Origin: a virus
Reading direction: 5' to 3' (one strand)
DNA length: 64,000 nt
IMG/VR virus record: IMGVR_UViG_3300022661_000070
In this document: positions 18,474 through 27,667 of the stretch, in pieces
Position numbering within the stretch: position 1 is the first letter of the stretch
Layout of the letters: each line of letters starts with the position of its first letter
Notes under the pieces: generated by a model
Databases searched by the model: none
Told to the model about the DNA's origin: nothing
Seen by the model: only the letters and a program-made list of their open reading frames with translations
Translations under genes and position numbers: made by a program

Positions 18474-19646
18474 CTATTCTCCTTTTGCAGTTATGTCTGG
18501 TGTATCTACAAAGCTTTCTAGTGTATAACACTCCATCTCTGTTTTTCCAGAAGTTAGATGTTCATAGCATATATCATAGTGAGGTTGAATGTTAGAAACT
18601 AAAAACTCTGCTTCTAATTTAGATTTTACTTCTCTAGCAATCCATTCTATAAAGTTAGCTGGAACTCCTTGAGCTATACTTTGTATATATGGAGCTTTGC
18701 AGTTATCTACAAACTCAAAATTATCTGGATAGCCCATTATAGCTGCATACTCTCTAATGTAAAGAGGTCTATTCTCAGTTGGATGTATTAGTTCAGTTAC
18801 TGATGCTAATGATGGAGATAATCCTCCCTCTTTTAGTTTGTTTGGCGATTTATCAAAATAGCCTTTGTCTTCTCTTATCTTTTGAAGAGTATTAGCTATA
18901 GCTTTCTTTCTCTTATCTGTAAGTTTATCTTCGTATTTTTCATAGTTTTTACAAATATGAGTCACTATAGATATAGGTTCTGTTATATCTGGAATTACCC
19001 AGTCTAAGTCTTGACAAGTTCTTTCTGGAACTAAAGTCATGTTTGGGCTATTCTTATCTATTTTGTTTAATACTTCTGATACATTAGTTTTAACTGCATT
19101 TTGTTGTATTACTGGAATAGTTTTAAATATATCTCTTCTCCATCCTACTAGCATTGTTCTTAATCTTCTCATACAGCAATTATGATTTCCTGCATAGTCT
19201 CTAATTATTGTAAACCTGTAGTATTGATTTAGTTTTGCTATTATATCATTTAAAATAGGTTTTCCTTTAGTTACTAAAGTAGGTGCGTTTTCCATTATGA
19301 ATGTTTTAGGTCTTATTGCTTTTATTGCATTTGCCCAGTCATACATATAGTGATTTATTGCGTTATCTGCAGATGCATTTCTATTTATCATCGATAATCC
19401 AGAGCAAGGTGGCCATCCTATTATAGTGTCCCAGTTTTCATTCTTCATTAATTCTAAGTATTCTTCATTATTCCAGTATTCTGGTGGTAATACTTTTATG
19501 TCTGGATAGTTATTTATAAAGTGCATTGCTGCTCCTTCTTCTATCATTGGTTTGTCTATTTCTAATACTAATGGAACTTCAAAACCAGCATTCATCAATC
19601 CTATTGTTCCAGAACCTCCATAATTAAATATAGTTATTCCTCTCAT
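18474..19646 (-). CDS. C5-cytosine methyltransferase family protein with diverged motif I
   Basis: GWPPCSGLSMINR (motif IV), FIMENAP (VI), RRLRTMLVGWRRD (VIII), RPLYIREYAAIMGYPDNF (IX); motif I reads ITIFNYGGSGTIGLMNAGF. Confidence 0.85.
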   Translation of the reverse strand: MRGITIFNYGGSGTIGLMNAGFEVPLVLEIDKPMIEEGAAMHFINNYPDIKVLPPEYWNNEEYLELMKNENWDTIIGWPPCSGLSMINRNASADNAINHYMYDWANAIKAIRPKTFIMENAPTLVTKGKPILNDIIAKLNQYYRFTIIRDYAGNHNCCMRRLRTMLVGWRRDIFKTIPVIQQNAVKTNVSEVLNKIDKNSPNMTLVPERTCQDLDWVIPDITEPISIVTHICKNYEKYEDKLTDKRKKAIANTLQKIREDKGYFDKSPNKLKEGGLSPSLASVTELIHPTENRPLYIREYAAIMGYPDNFEFVDNCKAPYIQSIAQGVPANFIEWIAREVKSKLEAEFLVSNIQPHYDICYEHLTSGKTEMECYTLESFVDTPDITAKGE

Positions 19647-20594
19647 TCTTTTACCTCCAATTTATATATTCCATGAGACTCTAAATATTTAGTAATTAAA
19701 GCTATAGCTGGGTCATACTTTTCTTTCATTGCTAATTTAGCTGGCTCTATATCTTTTTCTATTACTGTATAGATAGAGTTCTTTTCAGGTGAATATAAGT
19801 TTTGTACTATTTTATCTAAGTTAATTTCCATTTGATTTTTCTCTATAAATCTTTTCTCAGCAAATACTTCTGTTCCAGGTTTTACCGGTACTTCTATTTC
19901 TGACCAAGTTTGAAATAAAGTATCAAACACAGCCACTTGAACTTTTCTATAAAGATTACATGTTTTAGAAGTTCCTCTAGTTAAAGACCCTGGTCTTATT
20001 ACTTTATAAGTTTCTTCAGTAATCATAGGGTATGGAGTATGGTCATGCCCTAAAACATAGGCACTATAACCTAAACCTTTAGCTTGGTCAGCTCTAAGAT
20101 TATCTACTCCCTTTCCATAGAAATCATTCTCATAAAATGCATGTGCTACACATATATGATATTTTCCATCATCTGGAACTGTTTCAAAAGGTTTTCCGAA
20201 GTCTAATCCATGTAAAACTACTCCATTATCTAATTCTAAAGTCTCTAAATGTTTTACAAACTTAGTTTTATAAGTTATATCTAATGTAGTTCCTTCAAAG
20301 CTTCTTTCATTGTAATATGGGATTTCATGATTTCCTGTTATAGTGTATTGGTCTACTCCCATGTTTGCTAATTGTACCCAGCATCTTCCTAAATAAGTTC
20401 CTTGAGATAAACTTGGTGAATTAAATAAATCTCCAAGGTATACAATTGTATCTATTCCGATTAGTTTTACAAATATCAGAACACATTTGTAACTTTTCTA
20501 GTATGTACTCAGGATATGTTGGATTTGTATCTTTTCTTGATGCTGGAGCTTGTCCATATAAGTGAACATCTCCAATAAACATTACTTTACTCAT
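19643..20594 (-). CDS. SbcD/Mre11-like metallophosphoesterase, requiring one +1 frameshift at CGG 20459..20457
   Basis: ATG 20594 with AAGGAG RBS opens MSKVMFIGDVHLYG...ICKTN-(CGG A); the +1 frame gives GIDTIVYLGDLFNSPS...ITGNHEIPYYN...VLGHDHTPY, the complete GDxH/GDxxx/GNHE/GHxH set. Confidence 0.85.
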
Positions 20595-20840
20595 CTATAT
20601 AATCTCCTTTAATTCTTCTAGTGGAAAATTTATAGTTCTTGGGTCTACGTTTGCTTGAATAACTTTAGCTGTACTCATATCTAAAATGCCTTTTCTTCTA
20701 TTAAATACTGGAACGTCAACTATTTCTCCTTCTTTTAAAGGTCTAGCTGTTTTGTAATTATAAATAGGTCCATAAAATTCTCCTTCGTTCCATTTATCTT
20801 CGAATTGAACTCCTACATATTTTACTACTAATTCAGGCAT
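20595..20840 (-). CDS. hypothetical protein
   Basis: 81 aa ORF. Confidence 0.55.
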   Translation of the reverse strand: MPELVVKYVGVQFEDKWNEGEFYGPIYNYKTARPLKEGEIVDVPVFNRRKGILDMSTAKVIQANVDPRTINFPLEELKEII

Positions 20841-20997
20841 TTACTTCACTCCTCTCTCTTAGTTGATTGCAAAGAAATTCTATCACCTTGTTTTTCTCTT
20901 GTAGTGACTTCTCTTGTCTTATGTTCTTTATTATTAGTTTTGTCACGAATGTTGTATCAATTCTTTCTTTACTCATTTATATCTCCTCCGATTTATA

Positions 20998-21891
20998 TTA
21001 TGTTAGACTGTTAACATAGTTTTTAAATTGAAATAAGTCATAGTCATTACATATTTTGTTAAAGCTTCCTCTTGGCTCTTTAGGTTCTACTCTAAATTCT
21101 ATTTCTTTAATCTTCATTAGAGTATAATTCTTTAAGTAACTATCCCAGTTTTCACATAGTTGAGCTATCCATTTTCTATGAGACTCTTTCTTTATAGGGT
21201 AATTTGCAATAGCTCCATTTTCTGCTAAGTACTCTACTAAATCTAAAGTTAAGTCTTTTGGAAATCTTTTTACTGGAGGTTCTAAATTATCAGAAGCATC
21301 TCCTTTAAAAGCTCTGTAAATAGGTAGTTTGCTTGGTTCTACTGGGAATGTTTCTTTGTAATATTCACTATCAGCAGTTATTATTTCTGATTCCTTCATA
21401 GTTACTTTCTTCAATATTGATATATTATCGTCTATTGATTGAAGTAAATCTTTATCTGCTGAATGAATAAAGCATTTAATTCCTAATCTACTACAAACTT
21501 TAGCTGCTGAGAACATTACATCATCTGCCTCATTTCCATCTGATATTAAAGCGTGTGTATGAGGTAAATCAGATATTAGTTCTCTTATTTTAGGATAGTC
21601 TTTCCAGAATGAAGTTCCGTTTTCTGATGGATTTCTAGTAGCTTTATATTCTGAGTTTAGTTCTCTTCTCCATACACAGTTGCTATCTTCACATAAGAAA
21701 GTTTCATACCCTAGTTTGTCTAAAGTTTTAAGTAGTTGTACTAACCCAAACAAATGCCCATTAGGAAGTCCTTGTCTTGACTTAAACTTATCTGGAGTAA
21801 ATACGTGATAGCTCTTATATAATACCCAGTTTAAATCTACAAAGACTGGTGTTCTTTCTGTTGAATTTAGTATCTTAAAAAATTCTTGCAT
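20998..21891 (-). CDS. 5'-3' exonuclease / flap endonuclease
   Basis: VFVDLNWVLYKSYH, GNEADDVMFSAA, SADKDLLQ, FKGDASDNL. Confidence 0.85.
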   Translation of the reverse strand: MQEFFKILNSTERTPVFVDLNWVLYKSYHVFTPDKFKSRQGLPNGHLFGLVQLLKTLDKLGYETFLCEDSNCVWRRELNSEYKATRNPSENGTSFWKDYPKIRELISDLPHTHALISDGNEADDVMFSAAKVCSRLGIKCFIHSADKDLLQSIDDNISILKKVTMKESEIITADSEYYKETFPVEPSKLPIYRAFKGDASDNLEPPVKRFPKDLTLDLVEYLAENGAIANYPIKKESHRKWIAQLCENWDSYLKNYTLMKIKEIEFRVEPKEPRGSFNKICNDYDLFQFKNYVNSLT

Positions 21892-21903
21892 TATAATCTC
21901 CTC

Positions 21904-22179
21904 TTAATATTCAATGTTTAATTCTGCCATTTTATCTTTTATAGAGTAAAGTATATGTACTCTAAAATCTTCATTTATAGGGTAAGCTACATTCTTACCG
22001 TTATATGTTTGTGGAAATACTAGATACTCTCCTTTATTTCCATTCATTACCATAATATCATTTACTACAAATCCTCCGTCAAAAACTACAGTTGCAAATC
22101 CTATTAGTCTTCTACTCATCTTGTATTCTTCTTTTTCTTCTTCAGTCACTTTGTCAAAATATACTTTTGATACTTGCAT
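21904..22179 (-). CDS. SpoVG-like hypothetical protein
   Basis: LIGFATVVFDGGFVVNDIMVMNGNKGEYLVFPQ...VAYPI pattern typical of SpoVG. Confidence 0.6.
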   Translation of the reverse strand: MQVSKVYFDKVTEEEKEEYKMSRRLIGFATVVFDGGFVVNDIMVMNGNKGEYLVFPQTYNGKNVAYPINEDFRVHILYSIKDKMAELNIEY

Positions 22180-22303
22180 TTCTTTCTCCCTTCATATTCT
22201 TATCTATTAGCTAGTATGCTTCTAGTTATAGTAGCGCTTAGCCTTAAAACTATATTAGTACTATCTGAAAATGTCTCTAAAGTCAACCTGATGTTTAACT
22301 CTA

Positions 22304-22486
22304 TTATACTTTATAAGTTTCTAAAAATTTATGTATGCTACTTTCAGGAATTAAATACCCACCCGGTATATTATAAGCTTCTAGTGTTTTATCTCTATTA
22401 ATGTATCTTTTTACAGTTTTCTCTGTTCTGTGTAATATTTCTGCCACTTCACTTACTTCATATAATTTTTCCATAATTAACCTCCA
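22304..22486 (-). CDS. small HTH (excisionase/MerR-like) protein
   Basis: 60 aa MEVNYGKLYEVSEVAEILHRTEKTVKRYINRDKTLEAYNIPGGYLIPESSIHKFLETYKV; not in ORF track. Confidence 0.6.
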   Translation of the reverse strand, partial: WRLIMEKLYEVSEVAEILHRTEKTVKRYINRDKTLEAYNIPGGYLIPESSIHKFLETYKV

Positions 22487-22711
22487 TTAATAATATATTT
22501 TGTCTTCTAGATTAAACCAGGTCTCTAGTCTTTTATCTAGTTCTTCTATTACTTCATTTACTGGTATTTCTCCTCTAGTCTCATATTTATATAAATGTCT
22601 TCTGTAATTTGCTAATTCATATAGCATACTCTTAAAATCAGCTATATGGGCTAGAGATAATACATCACTGTATTCTTCATTACCATCATATTCATAAATT
22701 ACTTTTGGCAT
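22487..22711 (-). CDS. hypothetical protein
   Basis: 74 aa ORF. Confidence 0.5.
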   Translation of the reverse strand: MPKVIYEYDGNEEYSDVLSLAHIADFKSMLYELANYRRHLYKYETRGEIPVNEVIEELDKRLETWFNLEDKIYY

Positions 22712-22712
22712 T

Positions 22713-23402
22713 CTAATAACCTCCTGTAATATCTTCTATAGTCCAGTCTTTAGTTGCACAAACTTCATAGTCGAATGCATCAGTTCTAATAATTACTGAT
22801 TTTATTCCTGCATTTATAATCATTCTTTTACATAAACTACAAGGAGCTGGATTTTTCACATACCCATCAGGTACATTGTATGAAGTCACTTCTTTTCCAA
22901 CTATGTAAATATCTGCTCCTATCATATCTTTTCTTCTAGCTGATATAATAGCATTTTGTTCTGCATGAACTGAAGTACAATGTGAGTAGTCTTCTCCTCT
23001 GTTAGCTCCTTCTCTATTGCATCTTCCACAGTCTAAACAAGAGTCTATTCCTCTTGGAGCTCCATTATAACCAGTAGCTATTATTTCATCATCTTTTACT
23101 ATTACCGCTCCATAATGTCTTTTTAAACAAGTGCTTCTTTCTGATGCAGCTTCTGCTATATCTAAATAATAGTCTATTTTACTTACTCTTTCTGGTTTTG
23201 GTTTTTCTTCTTGTTCTGATTTAGCTAAAACCCAATTTCCATCTTTGTCTTGTATTTGTATATCTTCTGGATTTCCACCTATTCTTACATAATCAGGAGT
23301 TTCATCTATGAAACAACTTCCACAAGAGCAATCTATACAGTGTCCTCTTCTATCTCCTTCTACAACACTTCCACATTTTAAACATCTAATTTTTGTTCCC
23401 AT
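22713..23402 (-). CDS. dcd: dCMP deaminase with N-terminal zinc-ribbon extension
   Basis: CTSVHAEQNAI, PCSLCKRMIINAGI; N-term CLKCGSVVEGDRRGHCIDCSCG. Confidence 0.9.
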   Translation of the reverse strand: MGTKIRCLKCGSVVEGDRRGHCIDCSCGSCFIDETPDYVRIGGNPEDIQIQDKDGNWVLAKSEQEEKPKPERVSKIDYYLDIAEAASERSTCLKRHYGAVIVKDDEIIATGYNGAPRGIDSCLDCGRCNREGANRGEDYSHCTSVHAEQNAIISARRKDMIGADIYIVGKEVTSYNVPDGYVKNPAPCSLCKRMIINAGIKSVIIRTDAFDYEVCATKDWTIEDITGGY

Positions 23403-23796
23403 GCATTTCCTCCAAATATTCTTTTAATTTTCCAGCATTACTATATTGATAATCATCAAAATGTATTCCGCATCTTTCTAATTCTTCTTTATAGTCTAAC
23501 GGATTGTATTCTCCTCTGCTAAACATATCTACAGTGACAAATAAATCTTCCATAAATTCTGGAAGTCTAGCTTTACCTAATTTAGTATGTTCACAGAAGT
23601 GAGCAGTATATGCAATAGCTATGCAGAAAGTGTCTACAGATTCAGCTAATTGTTGTTTATACATTTCCTCATATTGTTTATCTAGCTCTTGTCTTACTTG
23701 AGCTTCAAATTGTCTTGCCCATTCTCCAAGAGCTAACTTATTATTATCTTTTGCAGCTTTTTGTAATCTTCTTATCTCATTTCTATCTACAATCAT
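23386..23796 (-). CDS. hypothetical protein
   Basis: 136 aa ORF. Confidence 0.6.
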   Translation of the reverse strand: MIVDRNEIRRLQKAAKDNNKLALGEWARQFEAQVRQELDKQYEEMYKQQLAESVDTFCIAIAYTAHFCEHTKLGKARLPEFMEDLFVTVDMFSRGEYNPLDYKEELERCGIHFDDYQYSNAGKLKEYLEEMHGNKN

Positions 23797-23805
23797 TCTA
23801 TCCTC

Positions 23806-24471
23806 CTAAACTACTCCTACTTCAGCGTATTTATCTTTAGGAAAGTCCTTGTTGTACTCTATATTGTCAAATATCTCAGGCATTGTTTCTTTAAAGTGTA
23901 GTAATAATGGAATCATTACTTGTTGTACTGCTGGGTGAGTGTGTTTACTACATCTTAATTCTAATATATGTTTCCACTCTCTTAGATTAGCAGTCATAGT
24001 TACAGTTGCTGCTGTTGAGTGAGGTAGTATCATTCTCATCTGGTCTGGAGTTGCTCCATTATCTACCATGTGCATGTAGTTCATTTCTATTCTGTCCATT
24101 GTATGTTTCCAGAAAGTAAATAAATCTGAATCTTCATCTATATTACAAGGTTTTATAAAGTGTAATTGATTGTCAAATTTATCTTTTCCATAATTACAAT
24201 ATCTTGTAGACTCTATTGAGTAGCTAGCCATTCTATGTCTAGTTAAGTCTTTATAAACTCCTACATCACATCTCATAGTTATAGTTATTTTTTCATGTTC
24301 TAATACTGACTCATGCCCTCTTGTAATACAGTTCTTAAGAAGAGTCTTATAAGACTCTTCTGTGATTTTATCTTCTGACCTATAACATGTTCTACACGCT
24401 CTTTCTATATTGTGCATTGTTTCTATTGGATTATAAGCTTGTATAAATACTGTTGGATTTTCTATTATCAT
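23806..24471 (-). CDS. thyX: flavin-dependent thymidylate synthase
   Basis: ThyX signature RHRMASYSIESTRYCNY; HPAVQQVM. Confidence 0.95.
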   Translation of the reverse strand: MIIENPTVFIQAYNPIETMHNIERACRTCYRSEDKITEESYKTLLKNCITRGHESVLEHEKITITMRCDVGVYKDLTRHRMASYSIESTRYCNYGKDKFDNQLHFIKPCNIDEDSDLFTFWKHTMDRIEMNYMHMVDNGATPDQMRMILPHSTAATVTMTANLREWKHILELRCSKHTHPAVQQVMIPLLLHFKETMPEIFDNIEYNKDFPKDKYAEVGVV

Positions 24472-24472
24472 G

Positions 24473-25732
24473 TTATTTAGCCTCCCTTGAAGATATTTGA
24501 TTTACTAATTCACCTATAAGTATTTCATAATCAGTTTCTAATTTTGTAGGGTCTTCTGAATCTTTATATTTCTTTAAGTACTCATCCATTAAGTTAGCTA
24601 GTTTTACAAAGTCTTCTTCTTTCCACCCTTTAGTAGTCATTGCAGGAACACCTATTCTAATTCCAGAACTTACCATTGGAGATAAAGTATCATTAGGAAT
24701 TTGATTTTTATTTACTGTTACATCTATTTTATCTAAAGCATACTCTGCTTCTTTCCCAGTCATTCCAATAGAGTTATATACGTCTAATATAAACATGTGA
24801 TTATCTGTTCCATTTGATATTATTTTCCACCATCTATTTTTGAAAGCGTCTGAGAATGCTTTTGCATTTCTTATAATTTGTCTAGCATACTCTTTAAATT
24901 CTGGTTGTTGAGCTTCTTCAAAGCATATTCCTTTTGCACAGATTATATGTTCTAATGGTCCTCCTTGAATTCCTGGAAATACATTTCTATTTATAGAAGC
25001 TGTATATTCTTCATTGTTCCATAAGATTAATCCTCCACGAGGTCCTCTTAAAGTTTTATGTGTAGTAGTTGTAACTACATCTGCGTAAGGTATTGGAGAT
25101 GGATGAACTCCACCAGCAACTAATCCAGCAACGTGAGCCATATCTACAAAGTATATAGGTCTTTCATTTTTGTCTGTAGCGTAAACATCTAGTATTCTAT
25201 TTATTCTTTCATAATCTATTTCTCTAGAATAAGAGCTAGCTCCTACTATTATCATTCTTGGATTATGAGCATATAGTTTCTTCTCTAAATCTTCGTAATC
25301 TAAAACTCCATTTTCATCTACTCCATAAGCAACAATGTTGTAGTCTTGTCCTGAAAAGCTTAGTTTATGTCCATGAGTTAAATGTCCTCCAGCTCCTAAG
25401 TCCATTCCTAAAACTGTATCTCCTGGCTTACAGAAAGCTCTAAACACTGCTTGATTTGCTGAGCTTCCACAATGAGGTTGAACGTTAGCGAAGTTACATC
25501 CGAATAATTTACAAGCATCATCAATTGCTTTTTGTTCTATTTTATCTATCCAAAGACATCCTCCGTAGTATCTTTTTTCAGGGTACCCTTCAGCATATTT
25601 ATTGGTCAATATAGACCCTGCAGCATTTAATACTCTTTGTGATGGGAAATTCTCTGATGCAATTAGTTCTACATTCCAGTTTTGTCTTTGTGCTTCTCTT
25701 TCGATTAATTCTTCATAACTCTCTCTTATCAT
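24473..25732 (-). CDS. glyA: serine hydroxymethyltransferase
   Basis: ELIASENFPS, KYAEGYPEKRYYGG, VTTTTHKTLRGPRGGLIL (PLP lysine region). Confidence 0.98.
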   Translation of the reverse strand: MIRESYEELIEREAQRQNWNVELIASENFPSQRVLNAAGSILTNKYAEGYPEKRYYGGCLWIDKIEQKAIDDACKLFGCNFANVQPHCGSSANQAVFRAFCKPGDTVLGMDLGAGGHLTHGHKLSFSGQDYNIVAYGVDENGVLDYEDLEKKLYAHNPRMIIVGASSYSREIDYERINRILDVYATDKNERPIYFVDMAHVAGLVAGGVHPSPIPYADVVTTTTHKTLRGPRGGLILWNNEEYTASINRNVFPGIQGGPLEHIICAKGICFEEAQQPEFKEYARQIIRNAKAFSDAFKNRWWKIISNGTDNHMFILDVYNSIGMTGKEAEYALDKIDVTVNKNQIPNDTLSPMVSSGIRIGVPAMTTKGWKEEDFVKLANLMDEYLKKYKDSEDPTKLETDYEILIGELVNQISSREAK

Positions 25733-25965
25733 AAATAATCCTCCACTCCTATTCTTTTATCTTCTAAAATTCTATCATAAGCTGTTCTACCATAAGTTTT
25801 AATATATCTGTGCGGTTCATAAAGTTCTTTCTTTTCTCTACTACATTTAACACACATCCACTTCATTCCTATTTTATGAGGCTCATAGTCTGGATAGTGT
25901 ACTACACTTTCGTCTAGTAAAATGTAGTGATGCTTACAAAATATTTGATACCAAGGTCTCTTCAT
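25729..25965 (-). CDS. hypothetical protein
   Basis: 78 aa ORF, CxxC motif. Confidence 0.55.
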   Translation of the reverse strand: MKRPWYQIFCKHHYILLDESVVHYPDYEPHKIGMKWMCVKCSREKKELYEPHRYIKTYGRTAYDRILEDKRIGVEDYL

Positions 25966-25973
25966 ACTTCCTC

Positions 25974-26519
25974 CTAAAATTCTGTGCTAGCTATTATTTC
26001 TAACACTTCTTTCTTTTCTCTTAAATTATCATCACAATATTGTTTAAAAGATATGAATCTACAAAGGTCTCCATTAATTATTCTGATGTTGCCTATCTTA
26101 TCATTCATGTTGTTCATTATTAACTCTTTAAAATCTGCTAAATAATATAAATAAGACAACGTCTCGTAATCATTGTCTCTTTTATCTAATTCTACCCAAA
26201 GACCTTCTTGTTCTTTATCTACATTAGAAACATCTAAAGGTTCATCAGCATCATAGCCGATTTCTCTTCTGTACCAGTCTATAGTTTCTTGTAGAGTTTT
26301 ATTTGAAGCTACGAAATCACATTCAATTTTATAAACATTAATTCCATTAGTTATTGTTACGAATTTAAGTTCTTCTTTCCTATTCATATCTTCGATAAGT
26401 TCTTTGATTGTAATGATTTTTATTCTTAGTTCTTCATTGTTTGGAAATTCTTGTTGAAGTTTTTCCAAAACACTTAGCTTACTCTTTAGTTCGTTTAAAG
26501 TTAAGTAATTCTTCTCCAT
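25974..26519 (-). CDS. hypothetical protein
   Basis: 181 aa ORF. Confidence 0.6.
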   Translation of the reverse strand: MEKNYLTLNELKSKLSVLEKLQQEFPNNEELRIKIITIKELIEDMNRKEELKFVTITNGINVYKIECDFVASNKTLQETIDWYRREIGYDADEPLDVSNVDKEQEGLWVELDKRDNDYETLSYLYYLADFKELIMNNMNDKIGNIRIINGDLCRFISFKQYCDDNLREKKEVLEIIASTEF

Positions 26520-26699
26520 ATATAGTCACTCCTTTTATTCTGTACACAATCTTCACATTTCTCTGGATTGCTCCCTAGAAATTTCTTATACTTCTCACAC
26601 TTATAACCGAGTTGTTCCAATAATATGTTTATACTCATCGGTTACATACTCATGCCCTAACCACTTGCAGTAAGTTTTGCATTCATTCATGCTAACCTC

Positions 26700-27341
26700 C
26701 TAACTGTTGGTTATGAGCTTCATCTCCCCGTTTTTTACTTCATAAGTTCTATCAGCCAAATCATTGAATCTAGGGTCATGACTTACTAAAATAAATATAA
26801 AGCCATACTCTTTAGTCAATGTCTGTATTAAAGTTCTAAAATATTCTATATACTGAGTTGATAAAGCAGACAAACCTTCATCAATTATTAGAACTGGTGA
26901 TTGATTATGATATAATATGAAATAAATTTGTAATATGAATCCTACTATAGTTTTTACACCAAATCCGTTGTTTTGTATATCAGTTTTGATTTCTGTCCCA
27001 TCTTCTTGGGTTTCTATCAAATAGATATTTAAGTTATTATTGTTCCTATATTCAGAAACTTCAAATTCTATTCTATAATCTTTATCATAGAAAATAGTTG
27101 ATACTGCTGAGTTAAGTAATTTCTCTAAGTGGTCTATGTGTGTTCTAGATAAAGCATCTATTAATTTCTTCATATAGTCTATAGCTACTTCATAAGTTGC
27201 CATCTCTTCATATTTTCTTTGCATTTGGTCTGTATAGTTTACTTTTTGCTCTTTTATTTGTTTTAGTTGAGCTTCTAAAGTTTCATATGTAGATTTAGTT
27301 TGTATAGCTACATTGTAAAGTGACTCATAATTTTCTAACAT
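26700..27341 (-). CDS. C-terminal half of SbcC/Rad50-like ATPase
   Basis: GFGVKTIVGFILQIYF, SPVLIIDEGLSALSTQYI (Walker B/D-loop), FILVSHDPRF. Confidence 0.8.
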   Translation of the reverse strand: MLENYESLYNVAIQTKSTYETLEAQLKQIKEQKVNYTDQMQRKYEEMATYEVAIDYMKKLIDALSRTHIDHLEKLLNSAVSTIFYDKDYRIEFEVSEYRNNNNLNIYLIETQEDGTEIKTDIQNNGFGVKTIVGFILQIYFILYHNQSPVLIIDEGLSALSTQYIEYFRTLIQTLTKEYGFIFILVSHDPRFNDLADRTYEVKNGEMKLITNS

Positions 27342-27343
27342 TC

Positions 27344-27667
27344 TTATTCTCCTTTCATAGCTTTTACTAAATCTAATAATTCATTGTTTATAGACTCTGT
27401 TTTAGTTTTAACAGCTTCTTCCAATTCTTCTAGTGAGTTGATTCCAAAGTTAGTTTTTAAAGAAGCTAATTCAGACTCTAAGTTTTCTTGAGTTAATTTT
27501 AACTCTGCTTCTACTTTAGCTTTTTCTTGTTGTTTTTGTTCTTTTAAAGTATTTACTTCTTTTATAAAGTCTAATCTTTGAGCATCAGTCATTGAGTCTA
27601 TTACTGTTTTTGCCTCTTCTATAGGTTTGTTTATTAGTTCATTAATCATCTTAAATTCTCCTTTCAT
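27344..27667 (-). CDS. coiled-coil protein
   Basis: 107 aa, heptad-rich. Confidence 0.6.
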   Translation of the reverse strand: MKGEFKMINELINKPIEEAKTVIDSMTDAQRLDFIKEVNTLKEQKQQEKAKVEAELKLTQENLESELASLKTNFGINSLEELEEAVKTKTESINNELLDLVKAMKGE

